Assembly (NCBI GenBank): GCA_002343265.1
Contig: DDSC01000005.1
Span: forward strand, 40,596-104,595
Length of the DNA stretch: 64,000 nucleotides
Origin: Micavibrio sp. UBA2400
GTDB lineage: Bacteria; Pseudomonadota; Alphaproteobacteria; UBA2400
Reading direction: 5' to 3'
A program made the position numbers and the translations under genes. The notes beneath the pieces are model-generated. The model was not told the origin of the DNA and searched no databases. It worked only from the letters and a program-made list of their open reading frames with translations. This document shows positions 42,121 through 52,324 of the stretch, piece by piece. Numbering within the stretch: position 1 is the stretch's first letter; each line of letters opens with the position of its first letter.

Positions 42121-42876
42121 TCATCCGGCTCCCACCTTTTGGGCACCGTTGGGCTGAGTCGGTAGCACGTTTGAGGGTCCAAGAGCAAGCCTTAGGCGCA
42201 GCGGGCCGCTCGGCCCCCAAAAATAATGGGTCATAAGGGCGGTGGCCAGAACCGGAGCCAGCAAATTAAGAATTGGAGTAATATACAGTCCGGCAATTAC
42301 TAACCCACGGAAAAACAAAGGCCATTTTAACTCATGGCGAAGCGGCGTCAGTGCGCCAGCCGCGATGTGCCGCAAAGCGAGAGCGTCAAAATACTCCCCA
42401 GCCAACAGCCGGGCATTAACGCTTAGGTAAATCAGGATATTCAAACCGGGGACCAGATAGAGCGGGCTGACGAGCAGATTCAGGCCGGTCGTTCGGCGCA
42501 GGGCGCTAAGCCCGGTGCGGATCTGCTCTTCTAGCCCAACCGGGCGCGCCCGCGGCAGCCCCTGATACTGCTGTTGCTCAATCCGGTCGGCTAGTTGTTC
42601 AACAAACAGTCCGGCTAGTGCGGTGCTGACTGCCGGAAACAGGAACCAGCCAAGCACCAGCAGGGCGCCCGCCCCCCCATACCCGGCCAATTGTTCAAGC
42701 CACGGAGTGTGTAGCCAGTCCTGCGCGAGAATGAGGTGATAGACGCCGATGGCCAGCCCGGCAAACAGGAGCAGGGTACCAAGCAGACAACTTGCCATCA
42801 TGACAAGGCTATAGGGTAAGCGCAAGCTGCTAAAACTGCGGGCCAGATCATGGCCAAGATCGGTTGTCAGGCTCAT
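42121..42876 (-). CDS. EI24/CysZ-like membrane protein
   Basis: hydrophobic; LFVEQLADRIE, LAGEYF, PILNLLAPV. Confidence 0.75.
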   Translation of the reverse strand: MSLTTDLGHDLARSFSSLRLPYSLVMMASCLLGTLLLFAGLAIGVYHLILAQDWLHTPWLEQLAGYGGAGALLVLGWFLFPAVSTALAGLFVEQLADRIEQQQYQGLPRARPVGLEEQIRTGLSALRRTTGLNLLVSPLYLVPGLNILIYLSVNARLLAGEYFDALALRHIAAGALTPLRHELKWPLFFRGLVIAGLYITPILNLLAPVLATALMTHYFWGPSGPLRLRLALGPSNVLPTQPNGAQKVGAG

Positions 42877-42935
42877 GCGGGCAAGATATATCCAAGTTCA
42901 CGGTCAGCAAGGCCTATCTCACCAAGGAGCATGCC

Positions 42936-43937
42936 ATGAGCAGCGCAAAGACATTTGATCTCGTGTGCGTCGGAAACGCAATTGTCGACATTCTCGCCGA
43001 GGTGGAGGAGAGTTTTATTGCCAAGCACAGCCTGACCAAGGGCGCGATGCAGCTGGTCGAACCGGAGCGGGCGGCCCAGCTCTATGCGGATATGCCGCGG
43101 ACGGTTGAGTGTTCGGGTGGCTCAGCAGCTAACAGTGCGGCCGTGCTGGCCTCGCTGGGTGGCAAGGCCGCTTTTATCGGCCGTGTCGCGGCCGATCAGT
43201 TTGGTACTGTGTTTGTGCATGACATGACAGCGCAGGGGATTGCGTTCGCCAGTCCTGCGCGCGACCATGCCTTGCCCACCGGCAGCTCGCTCATAGCTGT
43301 TACGCCTGATGGCCAGCGTACGATGAACACCTCGCTGGGCTGCAATGTCAATTTCGGTTCGCCGGATGTTCCGGCCGATATCATTGAACAGGCACGGGTT
43401 GTACTGCTGGAGGGGTATCTGTTTGACAAGCCGCAGAGTAAGCAGGCGTTCCGCGAGGCGCTGCGCTATGCCAAAGCAGCGGGGTCTCAGGTTGCGCTCA
43501 CGCTCTCGGCCGAGTTTTGCGTCCATCAGCACCGCGCCGACTTCCTTGAACTTCTGGCCAGCGGCGTTGATATCCTGTTCGCAAACGAGGAGGAGCTGAT
43601 GGCGCTTTACAAGACGGACAGCTGGGAGCTGGCCGCCAGCAAGGTTGACGAACACGTAAAAGTGGCCGTACTGACACGCGGAGCCAAGGGTGCCGTCGTG
43701 CGCGTTAAAGGCCAATCTCCGGTCGTCGTTCCTGCCGCCGCCGTGGCCAAGGTCGTTGATACCACCGGGGCCGGCGATGCCTATGCTGGTGGCTTCATCT
43801 ATGGCTACACCCGCGGCCTGAGTGTGGCCGAGTGCGGACGCATTGCCGCGCTCAGCGCCGCCGAAGTCATTAGCCATCTGGGGCCGCGCCCACAGGTTGA
43901 ATTGGCCAAGCTGATTGCCCAGCCGCTGGCATCGTGA
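42936..43937 (+). CDS. PfkB-family adenosine/carbohydrate kinase
   Basis: GNAIVD, SGGSAAN, DTTGAGDAYAGG; RBS AAGGAG. Confidence 0.92.
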   Translation: MSSAKTFDLVCVGNAIVDILAEVEESFIAKHSLTKGAMQLVEPERAAQLYADMPRTVECSGGSAANSAAVLASLGGKAAFIGRVAADQFGTVFVHDMTAQGIAFASPARDHALPTGSSLIAVTPDGQRTMNTSLGCNVNFGSPDVPADIIEQARVVLLEGYLFDKPQSKQAFREALRYAKAAGSQVALTLSAEFCVHQHRADFLELLASGVDILFANEEELMALYKTDSWELAASKVDEHVKVAVLTRGAKGAVVRVKGQSPVVVPAAAVAKVVDTTGAGDAYAGGFIYGYTRGLSVAECGRIAALSAAEVISHLGPRPQVELAKLIAQPLAS

Positions 43938-44743
43938 GGGCGCTCGGCGAGCCTGCGGTTCTGGCCGCACTATCTTTATGTGCCGGGGCCGGAATGGCCA
44001 CCCTGGTCGGCGGCATCGCAGTTCTACGCCCACGCATTCTCGGCCCGCGCCTGCTCGGGTTTGGCCTGTCATTCGCGGCAGGTGCCATGGTGTACATCGC
44101 ACTGGTCGAGATTCTGGCCAAATCCACGCAAGGATTTTATGACACTTATGCGCATGCCCAGCAGGCCGCTGGGGCGGCAACGGCTGCTTTCTTTGCAGGC
44201 CTTGCCCTGATGGCATTGCTGGGGCGGATCATTCCGCATCCCGAAGATGAGGCGATGGCCGGTCTGCCGGATTCCGTACCACAGGCACAGTTGCGGCGGG
44301 TAGGGGTATTTGCGGCGATGGCCATTATCGCGCACAATATCCCCGAGGGGATGGTGACCTTTTTTGCCGCTCTGGCAGAACCGGCGCAGGGTCTGCCACT
44401 GGTGCTGGCGATTGCTTTGCACAATATCCCGGAAGGGCTGGCGATCGCCATCCCGGTCTATTTTGCCACCCATCGCCGCCGCGATGCCTTGCTGCTATGC
44501 CTGATTGCGGCGCTGGCCGAGCCGTTGGGGGCGGTTCTTGGCTATCTGATCCTGCAGCCTTGGCTCAGCCCCTTCGTTTTCGCGATCCTGTTCGGTGTGA
44601 TTGCCGGTGTGATGGTTTACTTGGCCCTACTGGAACTATTGCCTGCAGCGCAGAAACTGGCCAGTCCGCGCGAGCTGGCGGGCGGCCTGATCGGCGGGAT
44701 GGCTGTGATCGCCACCTCGCTGGTGCTGATGCGCCCCGCCTAG
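43934..44743 (+). CDS. zupT: ZIP-family zinc transporter
   Basis: two HNIPEG motifs, AEPLGA, multiple TM segments. Confidence 0.9.
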   Translation: MRALGEPAVLAALSLCAGAGMATLVGGIAVLRPRILGPRLLGFGLSFAAGAMVYIALVEILAKSTQGFYDTYAHAQQAAGAATAAFFAGLALMALLGRIIPHPEDEAMAGLPDSVPQAQLRRVGVFAAMAIIAHNIPEGMVTFFAALAEPAQGLPLVLAIALHNIPEGLAIAIPVYFATHRRRDALLLCLIAALAEPLGAVLGYLILQPWLSPFVFAILFGVIAGVMVYLALLELLPAAQKLASPRELAGGLIGGMAVIATSLVLMRPA

Positions 44744-45657
44744 GGAGAAATCTGCCGCGCCAAAGCGTCAACAATGGCATCCATGTGGGTCGTGCTTGGT
44801 GTGCGGTAGAGCGTGACGGCCGCTTTGAGTGATGTGAGCGGCCCCAGCTGCCCGGTCTCCAGCAGGATCAGGGCGCGGGTGCAGAGGTCTTCCAGCTCTA
44901 TGGATCCGAAGCTGCCACTGGCACTGGCCTGTGCGGCGCGCTGCAGGGGCAGCAGTCGATCGGCCAGCTCCGCCGGTGATGGCAATTTTTTGTTCTGCCC
45001 GCAGAACTGGATCAGCTCCGCTACCAGAGCCACCAGCAGACTGCGCGGCAGACCGATGCTGGCCAGTTTGGGAGCCGTCTGCGCCAGTGGCACCAGCTTC
45101 AGTGCTGTTGGTTTAGGGCTGTCGATCACGACTAATGCCGGACGTCGGTCACGGCGCAGGTAGCTCATCAGCAGAGCCATCAGGACAAGCGCACCTCCGG
45201 TCAGCATCACCGAGAAGCGGAGTAACGCTGTATAATCGTTCTCGGTTGTCAGCGGGGTAAAGCGTATAAAGGCAAGGCTGACCGTGCCAAAAGCCACCCA
45301 GCCCAGCCAGCGCCGCGCTGCGCCCGGTTGTGCCGGATGCAGCAGATAGGTTCGCATCAGCAGACGGATGAGACTGAGGGGCCAGAGCAGCAGTAGGGCT
45401 AGCAGACACGCCATGGCGGCCAGAACCGGCTTCGCGACCGGTGCCGACAAAACACCACCATAGATCAGCAGATATTTCAGCGAAGGGGCAATGCTGTGAT
45501 ACAGGAAAGTTACCAGCGGGTTAGATCCACCCAGATGGTTGAGCAGTGCTGTCAGTACACAGATACCCAGTGTCAGTAAGGCTACTGTGCGCAGCATGTG
45601 CCAGAGAATCTGGTTTGGTGTAGCTGGTTCGGTCTGCAGCAGGATCAGGCGCGGCAT
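44740..45657 (-). CDS. hypothetical membrane protein
   Basis: 4-5 TM segments then a soluble helical C-terminus; starts 2 nt after the SMR stop. Confidence 0.65.
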   Translation of the reverse strand: MPRLILLQTEPATPNQILWHMLRTVALLTLGICVLTALLNHLGGSNPLVTFLYHSIAPSLKYLLIYGGVLSAPVAKPVLAAMACLLALLLLWPLSLIRLLMRTYLLHPAQPGAARRWLGWVAFGTVSLAFIRFTPLTTENDYTALLRFSVMLTGGALVLMALLMSYLRRDRRPALVVIDSPKPTALKLVPLAQTAPKLASIGLPRSLLVALVAELIQFCGQNKKLPSPAELADRLLPLQRAAQASASGSFGSIELEDLCTRALILLETGQLGPLTSLKAAVTLYRTPSTTHMDAIVDALARQISP

Positions 45658-45659
45658 GC

Positions 45660-46028
45660 TCAGCTCGCTACCGTATGCGACAGCTTCAAGCCCAGCATCC
45701 CCGCCAGAATGAGGCCAATACATAACAGCTGCCACGGGCTCAAGCTCTCCCGAAACAGTGAATAACCAAGGATGACCACACCTATCGCACCCAGACCCAG
45801 CCACAATGTATAGGCAATACTCATCGGGATGGTGCGCATGGCCATGGCCAGCAGTCCGGCTGAGAGCAGGGCCAATGGAATAGTAGCCAGCGTGGGGCCA
45901 AGCTTGGTGTAGCCGTTGGACAGTTTAAGGGTGATTGCCCACAGCACTTCAAACATCCCAGCGGCCAGAAGAATGACCCAGGCGTTGCGGTCGACCAAAG
46001 CATAAAAGACCTGTAATTTTTCACTCAT
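45660..46028 (-). CDS. SMR-family small multidrug/guanidinium exporter (SugE/Gdx-like)
   Basis: WVILLAAGMFEVLWA (conserved membrane Glu), IPMSIAYTLWLGLG. Confidence 0.85.
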   Translation of the reverse strand: MSEKLQVFYALVDRNAWVILLAAGMFEVLWAITLKLSNGYTKLGPTLATIPLALLSAGLLAMAMRTIPMSIAYTLWLGLGAIGVVILGYSLFRESLSPWQLLCIGLILAGMLGLKLSHTVAS

Positions 46029-47796
46029 CGGTTGTTCTCCACCACCAGCTCAGTTCCGGAAAGACTCCATAGATGGGTGTGGCTGGGCGGTCGAGCCCGG
46101 TCCGTGCAGCAAGCAGATCGCGGCCCAGATAAGTGAGCGGAATAACGTAATGTCCCCACATCAGGACGCGATCCAGCGCCCAAGCGCGGGCGACCAGCCC
46201 GTCGCGCGTTGGGGCGCTGGCCAGGCTACCCGCCAGCGTATCCACCACTGGGTTCTTCACCCCGGCATAGTTCCGCGTGCCGGGGGCATCAGCACTGGCG
46301 CTGCTCCAATAAAACAGCTGCTCATTGCCCGGTGACAGGGTGGACGACCAGAAATTGATGGTCATGTCAAAGTCATAGTCGGTCACCCGGCTCTGGTATT
46401 GGGCGCTGTCCACGGTACGCACACTGGCGGTAATGCCAAGACGGGCCAGCGAGCGGGCAAATTCTAGCGCAATTTTTTCGTCATCCGCACTGGTGAGGAG
46501 GATCTGAAAGATAAATGCCTGACCGTCTTTTAGGCGTTGACCTTTTTCCAGTCTCCAGCCAGCCTCACGCAGTAGTGCATCGGCGTTTCGTAGATTTTCC
46601 CGTACCTCACCACCCGGTAAGGAAAAGGCTTGCGTAAAAAGTGCGGCCGGGAGTTGATCGCGCCAAGGCGCTAGCGCGTTCAGCTCCAGTCCCTCGGGTA
46701 AGCCGCGGAATGCCAGCTCGGAGTTGGGGAAGGTGCTGGCGGCGCGTTTGTAGATACCGCCAAACAGGGCCCGATTAACCCAGTCAAAGTCAAACGCATA
46801 GGTCAGGGCTTGGCGCACGCGGATGTCTGAAAACAGCCCGCGGCGGGTGTTGAAGATAAAGCCGCGCAGCGGTTCAGGCCGCGCGTTGGCCTCATCAATC
46901 AGGTTATAGGCTGGGCTGGCCGGATAGCCGGTGCGCCATTTGGTCGGGTCGTTTTCGCGGCGCAGGTCAACCGCGCCCGCCTTGAACGCCTCAAGCGCTA
47001 CATCGTCATCCCGGAAATAATCCTGCACGATACGGTCAAAATTCCACTGCCCTTTATTGAAGGGGAGATCGCGGCCCCAGTACTGCGCATTGCGCACATA
47101 GGTAATCTTGCGGCCCGGTTCCAAGCTCTCAATTTTGTAGGGGCCGGAGGTGGGGAAGATATCCATCGTCGGCGCGGTAATATCGCGATCCTGCCACCAG
47201 GCCTTTTGTAGCACGGGCATCAGGCCCATGATCAGCGGCATCTCGCGGTCGCCCCCGCCCGTCATCTCAAACGTGAATTTAATACGATCATGGCTAAGAA
47301 TTTCTGCTTTGGTGACTTTCTTGTAGTAGGTACGGTGGTTCGGGCGTCCTTTTTCGCGCAAGCGTTCAAAGCTGAACAGTACATCCTGCACGGTCAGCGG
47401 TGTGCCATCACTCCAGCGGGCCTGTGGGTTTAGTTTAAACTCCACCCAGCTACGATCTTCAGGCGTAGTCACGCTTTGCGCGATTAACCCATACAAAGTA
47501 AATGGCTCGTTCCAGCCGCGCACCATCAGGCTTTCCAATACGAGGCTGACCCCGCCCACTTGGCTCACGCCCTTGGCCACGGTGCCGCGCACGCTAAAGG
47601 GGTTCAGACTGTCAAAACTGCCTGTTTGCGATAGGCGCAGCGTACCGCCCTTGGGGGCAGCCGGGTTGACATAGTCGATATGCTCAAAGTCTGCCCCATA
47701 GCGCGGAGTGCCATGCATGGCGAGCGCATGTTGCGGCACAGGCTCCGCCTGTGCGGGGAGGGCCATCAGCAGGGCGAGGAGGAGAATGCGGACCAT
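46021..47796 (-). CDS. family-5 ABC peptide-binding protein (YejA-like)
   Basis: signal peptide, ALAMHGTPRY, YVNPAAPKGG, FDSLNPF. Confidence 0.9.
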   Translation of the reverse strand: MVRILLLALLMALPAQAEPVPQHALAMHGTPRYGADFEHIDYVNPAAPKGGTLRLSQTGSFDSLNPFSVRGTVAKGVSQVGGVSLVLESLMVRGWNEPFTLYGLIAQSVTTPEDRSWVEFKLNPQARWSDGTPLTVQDVLFSFERLREKGRPNHRTYYKKVTKAEILSHDRIKFTFEMTGGGDREMPLIMGLMPVLQKAWWQDRDITAPTMDIFPTSGPYKIESLEPGRKITYVRNAQYWGRDLPFNKGQWNFDRIVQDYFRDDDVALEAFKAGAVDLRRENDPTKWRTGYPASPAYNLIDEANARPEPLRGFIFNTRRGLFSDIRVRQALTYAFDFDWVNRALFGGIYKRAASTFPNSELAFRGLPEGLELNALAPWRDQLPAALFTQAFSLPGGEVRENLRNADALLREAGWRLEKGQRLKDGQAFIFQILLTSADDEKIALEFARSLARLGITASVRTVDSAQYQSRVTDYDFDMTINFWSSTLSPGNEQLFYWSSASADAPGTRNYAGVKNPVVDTLAGSLASAPTRDGLVARAWALDRVLMWGHYVIPLTYLGRDLLAARTGLDRPATPIYGVFPELSWWWRTTDE

Positions 47797-47896
47797 CTTG
47801 TGGCTATTTTCCTTTATTTTCCAATATGGTGCAAGCGACCTTGCACTCTTGCGGCATCGTGCCAACATCAAAGGTGTAACGAGAGGAGAGTTCATC

Positions 47897-48286
47897 ATGA
47901 CTGTTCATGCCCATGCCGTTGTCTGGCTCGACCATCACGAAGCCAAGATTATCCAGTTCAATGCCGATGCTCACGAGGTGAAGCACCTCAAGCATAATAT
48001 CGGCAAACCTGCGCACAAGGACCGGAAGGACCCGGGGGGTGCTCATCCGGAGCGGGGCGGCACGTTCTATCACGATGTAGCCTGCGCCTTGGCGGGGGTA
48101 CGCGAGATCTTGGTCTGTGGCCCCGGCGCGGCCAAGACCGAGTTTGTCAAGCATCTGCAAACCCATGACCCGGTGGTGGCCAAGGCGGTGCTGGGTGTCG
48201 AGGCGGCGGATCACCCGACCGAAGGGCAGGTCCTCGCCCATGCGCGGCAGTTCTTCAAGGCCAAGGATCGCATGATCGCCCATTAG
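47897..48286 (+). CDS. small eRF1/pelota middle-domain-like protein (bacterial aeRF1-family)
   Basis: HAVVWLDHHEA ... ILVCGPGAAKTEF ... DHPTEGQ; RBS GAGGAG. Confidence 0.7.
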   Translation: MTVHAHAVVWLDHHEAKIIQFNADAHEVKHLKHNIGKPAHKDRKDPGGAHPERGGTFYHDVACALAGVREILVCGPGAAKTEFVKHLQTHDPVVAKAVLGVEAADHPTEGQVLAHARQFFKAKDRMIAH

Positions 48287-48310
48287 GTTGGGGCTGGTCT
48301 GCGCCTGAAG

Positions 48311-48337
48311 AGCCTCCCCGCTCGGCGGGGAGGCTTT
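48311..48337 (+). terminator. terminator-like hairpin
   Basis: perfect 11-bp stem AGCCTCCCCGC-TCG-GCGGGGAGGCT with a short T tail. Confidence 0.65.
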
Positions 48338-48448
48338 CGCAATGAGGTCAGAGTGTCGCGCCGTGTGTTTTGCTGACGTTTTTTCTTGAGCCAGATGGCC
48401 AAGTTATGATACGGCAAAATCATCGGTTCACACGGGCGGAGATTTGAA

Positions 48449-48910
48449 ATGAACAGAGTGCTAAGTGCATTTCGGAGCTTGGCGCATCGTGTTTCAAAAT
48501 CCGAATCCGCTCCGGTTTTAACGCCGGAACCCCTGTTTGGCGCCATGCTGGTACGCACACTCCATGTGGCCAATGGCTCTCCCCAGCTGGCGCTGCGCTT
48601 TGAGGCGCATGACTGCGGTGCCGGGGCCTATTATCTGGTTGAGCAAAGATTCCATCGTTCTTTTACCCTTATGCCCGCCCGGCGTGGCGGGTTGCAACTG
48701 GACGGATCGGCCATCTGGGTGGCCGATCGCAAGTTACCTCTGCGGATTACCCCCTGCACGGCGGCCGAGGCTCGGCAGTACCTTGACCGGCTGACAGCTG
48801 AAAAGCTGGGGTTAAAGACGGGGAACGGACAGTCCGTCTGGATTCGTGAGTCTGATCATGCTACGCCGATGCCTGTGCATGCCGCCACGGGCAGCATTCG
48901 CCCAGCTTAG
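48449..48910 (+). CDS. hypothetical protein, paralog of 48996..49499
   Basis: RBS GGAG; shares PEPxxGxMLxR and QxAxRFEAH with its neighbour. Confidence 0.7.
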   Translation: MNRVLSAFRSLAHRVSKSESAPVLTPEPLFGAMLVRTLHVANGSPQLALRFEAHDCGAGAYYLVEQRFHRSFTLMPARRGGLQLDGSAIWVADRKLPLRITPCTAAEARQYLDRLTAEKLGLKTGNGQSVWIRESDHATPMPVHAATGSIRPA

Positions 48911-48995
48911 GCGCGCTGTTAACTTTGCTTAACAGTGTTTTTTATTGAAACGGTGTTTCTCTGTGTTACTCCTGCGTCATAACCGGGAGATCACC

Positions 48996-49499
48996 ATGAG
49001 CAACCCCATCTCTGCCTTGCGCAAACACGCTGCGCAAATGTTTACCCGCTGGGCGCAGGCACTTGACCCCACACCTGCGGCTTCAGTCGCTCCGCTGCCC
49101 GAGCCGATCATCGGTCAGATGCTTATCCGTCGCCGCCCCTTGCATGGACCATTGGGTGCAGAGCAGTTCGCTGTTCGTTTTGAAGCTCATTATGATCGTA
49201 AATCGTGTGCATTTGTTGTTCGTGGCCACAAGTATGTATCGAACTATGGTCCGCACGGGGTGGGTGGATTTGCTATGTATTGGCAAGAAGTAAGCTCCAA
49301 TCCTCCTGTTTTTGCCGGAACAGGGGAACAGGTAACTGCTAAGATCTTGGAATTAGAGCAGGATATGTTGAGAGGTATAATTGGCTACCCACCATCGCGC
49401 TATAAAGTTGATACGCTCATCGGCGGATATGAAGGGAATATCCCGCATATTCGTCGTCAACAGGCGATTGTCCCGGCTGTCACCGCCCAACCGGCTTGA
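48996..49499 (+). CDS. hypothetical protein, paralog of 48449..48910
   Basis: RBS GGGAGA; shared motifs. Confidence 0.7.
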   Translation: MSNPISALRKHAAQMFTRWAQALDPTPAASVAPLPEPIIGQMLIRRRPLHGPLGAEQFAVRFEAHYDRKSCAFVVRGHKYVSNYGPHGVGGFAMYWQEVSSNPPVFAGTGEQVTAKILELEQDMLRGIIGYPPSRYKVDTLIGGYEGNIPHIRRQQAIVPAVTAQPA

Positions 49500-49625
49500 T
49501 TTAAACCATCTGGTAACTCTTCTCTCCTAGATTGACGCTGCCGCCTTTAGGTCTACCTTAGGTGCAGTATTTACTTGGGAGAAACCGCCCTCACGCAGCG
49601 CAGCGGTAGGGCAGAAGGAGTTACA

Positions 49626-52319
49626 ATGACCATCACCACCGGCACCGACAGCCTGAAGACCCGCCAGACCCTTGCGGTGGGTGGCGCGTCGTACGATTAT
49701 TTCAGCCTCAAGGCCGCCGAAAAGACCATTGGCGATATCTCCCGCCTGCCGTTTGCCATGAAGGTGGTGCTCGAAAATCTGCTGCGCCGCGAGGATGGCC
49801 GCACGGTGACGGTTGAGGATATCAAGGCCGTTGCCCAATGGCTGAAGGATAAGAAGTCCACCCATGAGATTGCCTATCTGCCCGCGCGTGTGCTGATGCA
49901 GGACTTCACGGGCGTTCCCGCTGTGGCCGACTTGGCCGCCATGCGTGAGGCGATGCGTGCCATGGGCGGCGACCCCAAGAAAATCAACCCGCTCTGCGCG
50001 GTGGATCTGGTCATTGACCACTCGGTGATGGTCGATGAATTCGGCACGCCCAAGGCGTTTGACAAAAATGTCGAGCTGGAGTTCCAGCGCAATGGTGACC
50101 GCTACAAGTTCTTGCGTTGGGCGCAGCGTGCGTTTGACAATTTCCGCGTGGTGCCGCCGGGCACCGGCATCTGCCATCAGGTGAATGTCGAATATCTGGC
50201 CCAAACCGTGTGGCTCGATAAAGACCAGAATGGCAAGACCGTAGCTTATCCGGATACGCTGGTGGGCACCGACAGCCACACCACCATGGTCAACGGCTTG
50301 GCCGTGCTCGGCTGGGGCGTGGGTGGTATCGAGGCGGAAGCGGCCATGCTTGGTCAGCCCGTCAGTATGGTCATTCCCGAGGTGATTGGCTTCAAGCTCA
50401 CGGGCAAGCTGGCTGAAGGTGCCACCGCGACCGATCTGGTCCTCACTGTCACCCAGATGCTGCGCAAGAAGGGCGTGGTTGAAAAGTTTGTCGAGTTTTA
50501 TGGCCCCGGTCTTGATAACCTGACCTTGGCCGATCGTGCCACTATCGCCAACATGGCTCCCGAATATGGCGCCACCTGCGGTATCTTCCCGATTGATCAG
50601 GAAACCATCAATTACTTGCGCTTCAGCGGCCGCGATGAGGCCCGCGTCCAACTGGTGGAAGCCTACGCCAAGGCGCAGGGCATGTGGCGCGAGGCATCCT
50701 CGCCCGATCCGGTGTTTACCGATACGCTGGAGCTGGACATCAGTACCGTGCAAAGCTCGCTCGCTGGCCCCAAGCGCCCGCAGGATCGCGTTCTGCTCGC
50801 CGATATGGCCAAGACTTTCAAGGACGGCATGGGTAAGGAATTCAATGTCGCTCCTGACGCCGCCGATAAAGCTGTGCCGGTGGAAGGCGAGAACTACAAG
50901 CTCGAGCAAGGTGCGGTGGTACTGGCTGCCATTACCAGCTGCACCAATACCAGTAACCCGGCCGTGCTGATTGCGGCAGGCTTGGTAGCCCGCAAGGCCC
51001 GCGCCAAGGGCCTCACCCGCAAGCCGTGGGTCAAGACCAGTTTTGCTCCCGGCTCGCAGGTAGTAAGCGACTATATGGAAAAGGCCGGTCTGCAGGCCGA
51101 TCTCGATGCTATCGGCTTTAACCTTGTCGGATATGGCTGCACCACCTGTATTGGCAACTCCGGCCCACTGCCGGAGAAGATCGCCAAGGCGGTGGAAACC
51201 GGTGATCTGGTCGTAGCCGCCGTGCTGTCGGGCAATCGTAATTTTGAAGGCCGCGTCAACCCGCACACCAAGGCCAATTACCTCGCCAGTCCGCCGCTGT
51301 GCGTGGCCTATGCGCTGGCCGGTAACGTCAAGATCGACCTCAAGACCGAGCCGCTAGGTACGGGTTCGGACGGCAAGCCGGTCTATCTCAAGGATATCTG
51401 GCCGAGCAATGCCGAGATTCAGGCGACCATCGCCCAGTGCCTCACACCCGAGATGTTCCGCAGCCGTTATGCCGACGTGTTCAAGGGCCCGGTGCAGTGG
51501 CAGCAGTTGGCCGTTCCCGAGGGCATGACTTACCAGTGGGAGGACGACAGCACCTATATCAAACTGCCGCCGCATTTCGACAGCGTGAAGGACAGCACGA
51601 GCTGGATCAGCAACGTCACCCAAGCGCGCGTGCTGGCCATCTTTGGCGATTCCATCACCACCGACCATATCAGCCCGGCCGGCAACATTAAAAAGAGCAG
51701 CCCGGCGGGTGAGTATCTCATCGCCAATAAGGTGCAGCCGACCGACTTCAACAGCTATGGCGCGCGCCGTGGCAACCACGAAGTCATGATGCGTGGCACC
51801 TTCGCCAATATCCGCATCAAGAACGAGATGCTGGGCGGGGCCGAAGGTGGCGACACGCTGTATAACGGCGAGAAGATGCCCATCTACACCGCCGCCATGA
51901 AGTATATTCAGGCTGGCACCCCGCTGGTAGTGTTCGCGGGCAAGGAGTATGGCACCGGCTCCAGCCGCGACTGGGCGGCCAAGGGCACGCGTCTGCTCGG
52001 CATCCGCGCCGTGGTGGCCGAGAGCTTCGAGCGCATCCACCGCAGCAACCTGGTGGGCATGGGTGTGTTGCCGTTGCTGTTCAAGAATGGCATGACGCGG
52101 CAATCGCTGAAACTGGACGGCTCCGAGACGGTGGACATCACCGGCCTTGAAAACGGCCTCAAGCCGCGTATGGACCTCACGCTGACCATCACCCGCAAGG
52201 ACGGCAGCAAGGAGAGCGTGCCGGTGCTCTGCCGCATCGATACCCTCGATGAGGTCGAGTACTTCAAGTCCGGCGGCGTGCTGCTCTACGTGCTACGGAA
52301 TCTGGCGAAGGTGGCGTAG
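49626..52319 (+). CDS. acnA: aconitate hydratase A
   Basis: [43 protein letters not shown]. Confidence 0.98.
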   Translation: MTITTGTDSLKTRQTLAVGGASYDYFSLKAAEKTIGDISRLPFAMKVVLENLLRREDGRTVTVEDIKAVAQWLKDKKSTHEIAYLPARVLMQDFTGVPAVADLAAMREAMRAMGGDPKKINPLCAVDLVIDHSVMVDEFGTPKAFDKNVELEFQRNGDRYKFLRWAQRAFDNFRVVPPGTGICHQVNVEYLAQTVWLDKDQNGKTVAYPDTLVGTDSHTTMVNGLAVLGWGVGGIEAEAAMLGQPVSMVIPEVIGFKLTGKLAEGATATDLVLTVTQMLRKKGVVEKFVEFYGPGLDNLTLADRATIANMAPEYGATCGIFPIDQETINYLRFSGRDEARVQLVEAYAKAQGMWREASSPDPVFTDTLELDISTVQSSLAGPKRPQDRVLLADMAKTFKDGMGKEFNVAPDAADKAVPVEGENYKLEQGAVVLAAITSCTNTSNPAVLIAAGLVARKARAKGLTRKPWVKTSFAPGSQVVSDYMEKAGLQADLDAIGFNLVGYGCTTCIGNSGPLPEKIAKAVETGDLVVAAVLSGNRNFEGRVNPHTKANYLASPPLCVAYALAGNVKIDLKTEPLGTGSDGKPVYLKDIWPSNAEIQATIAQCLTPEMFRSRYADVFKGPVQWQQLAVPEGMTYQWEDDSTYIKLPPHFDSVKDSTSWISNVTQARVLAIFGDSITTDHISPAGNIKKSSPAGEYLIANKVQPTDFNSYGARRGNHEVMMRGTFANIRIKNEMLGGAEGGDTLYNGEKMPIYTAAMKYIQAGTPLVVFAGKEYGTGSSRDWAAKGTRLLGIRAVVAESFERIHRSNLVGMGVLPLLFKNGMTRQSLKLDGSETVDITGLENGLKPRMDLTLTITRKDGSKESVPVLCRIDTLDEVEYFKSGGVLLYVLRNLAKVA

Positions 52320-52324
52320 CTATT

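Noticed and set aside
48456-48464. CIRCE element (GAGTGCTAA)
   Set aside because: Only the right half is present, it lies inside a coding region, and there is no TTAGCACTC 9 nt upstream. No CIRCE was seen before hrcA, grpE or dnaK either.
49527-51266. 579-aa antisense ORF
   Set aside because: Shadow of acnA.
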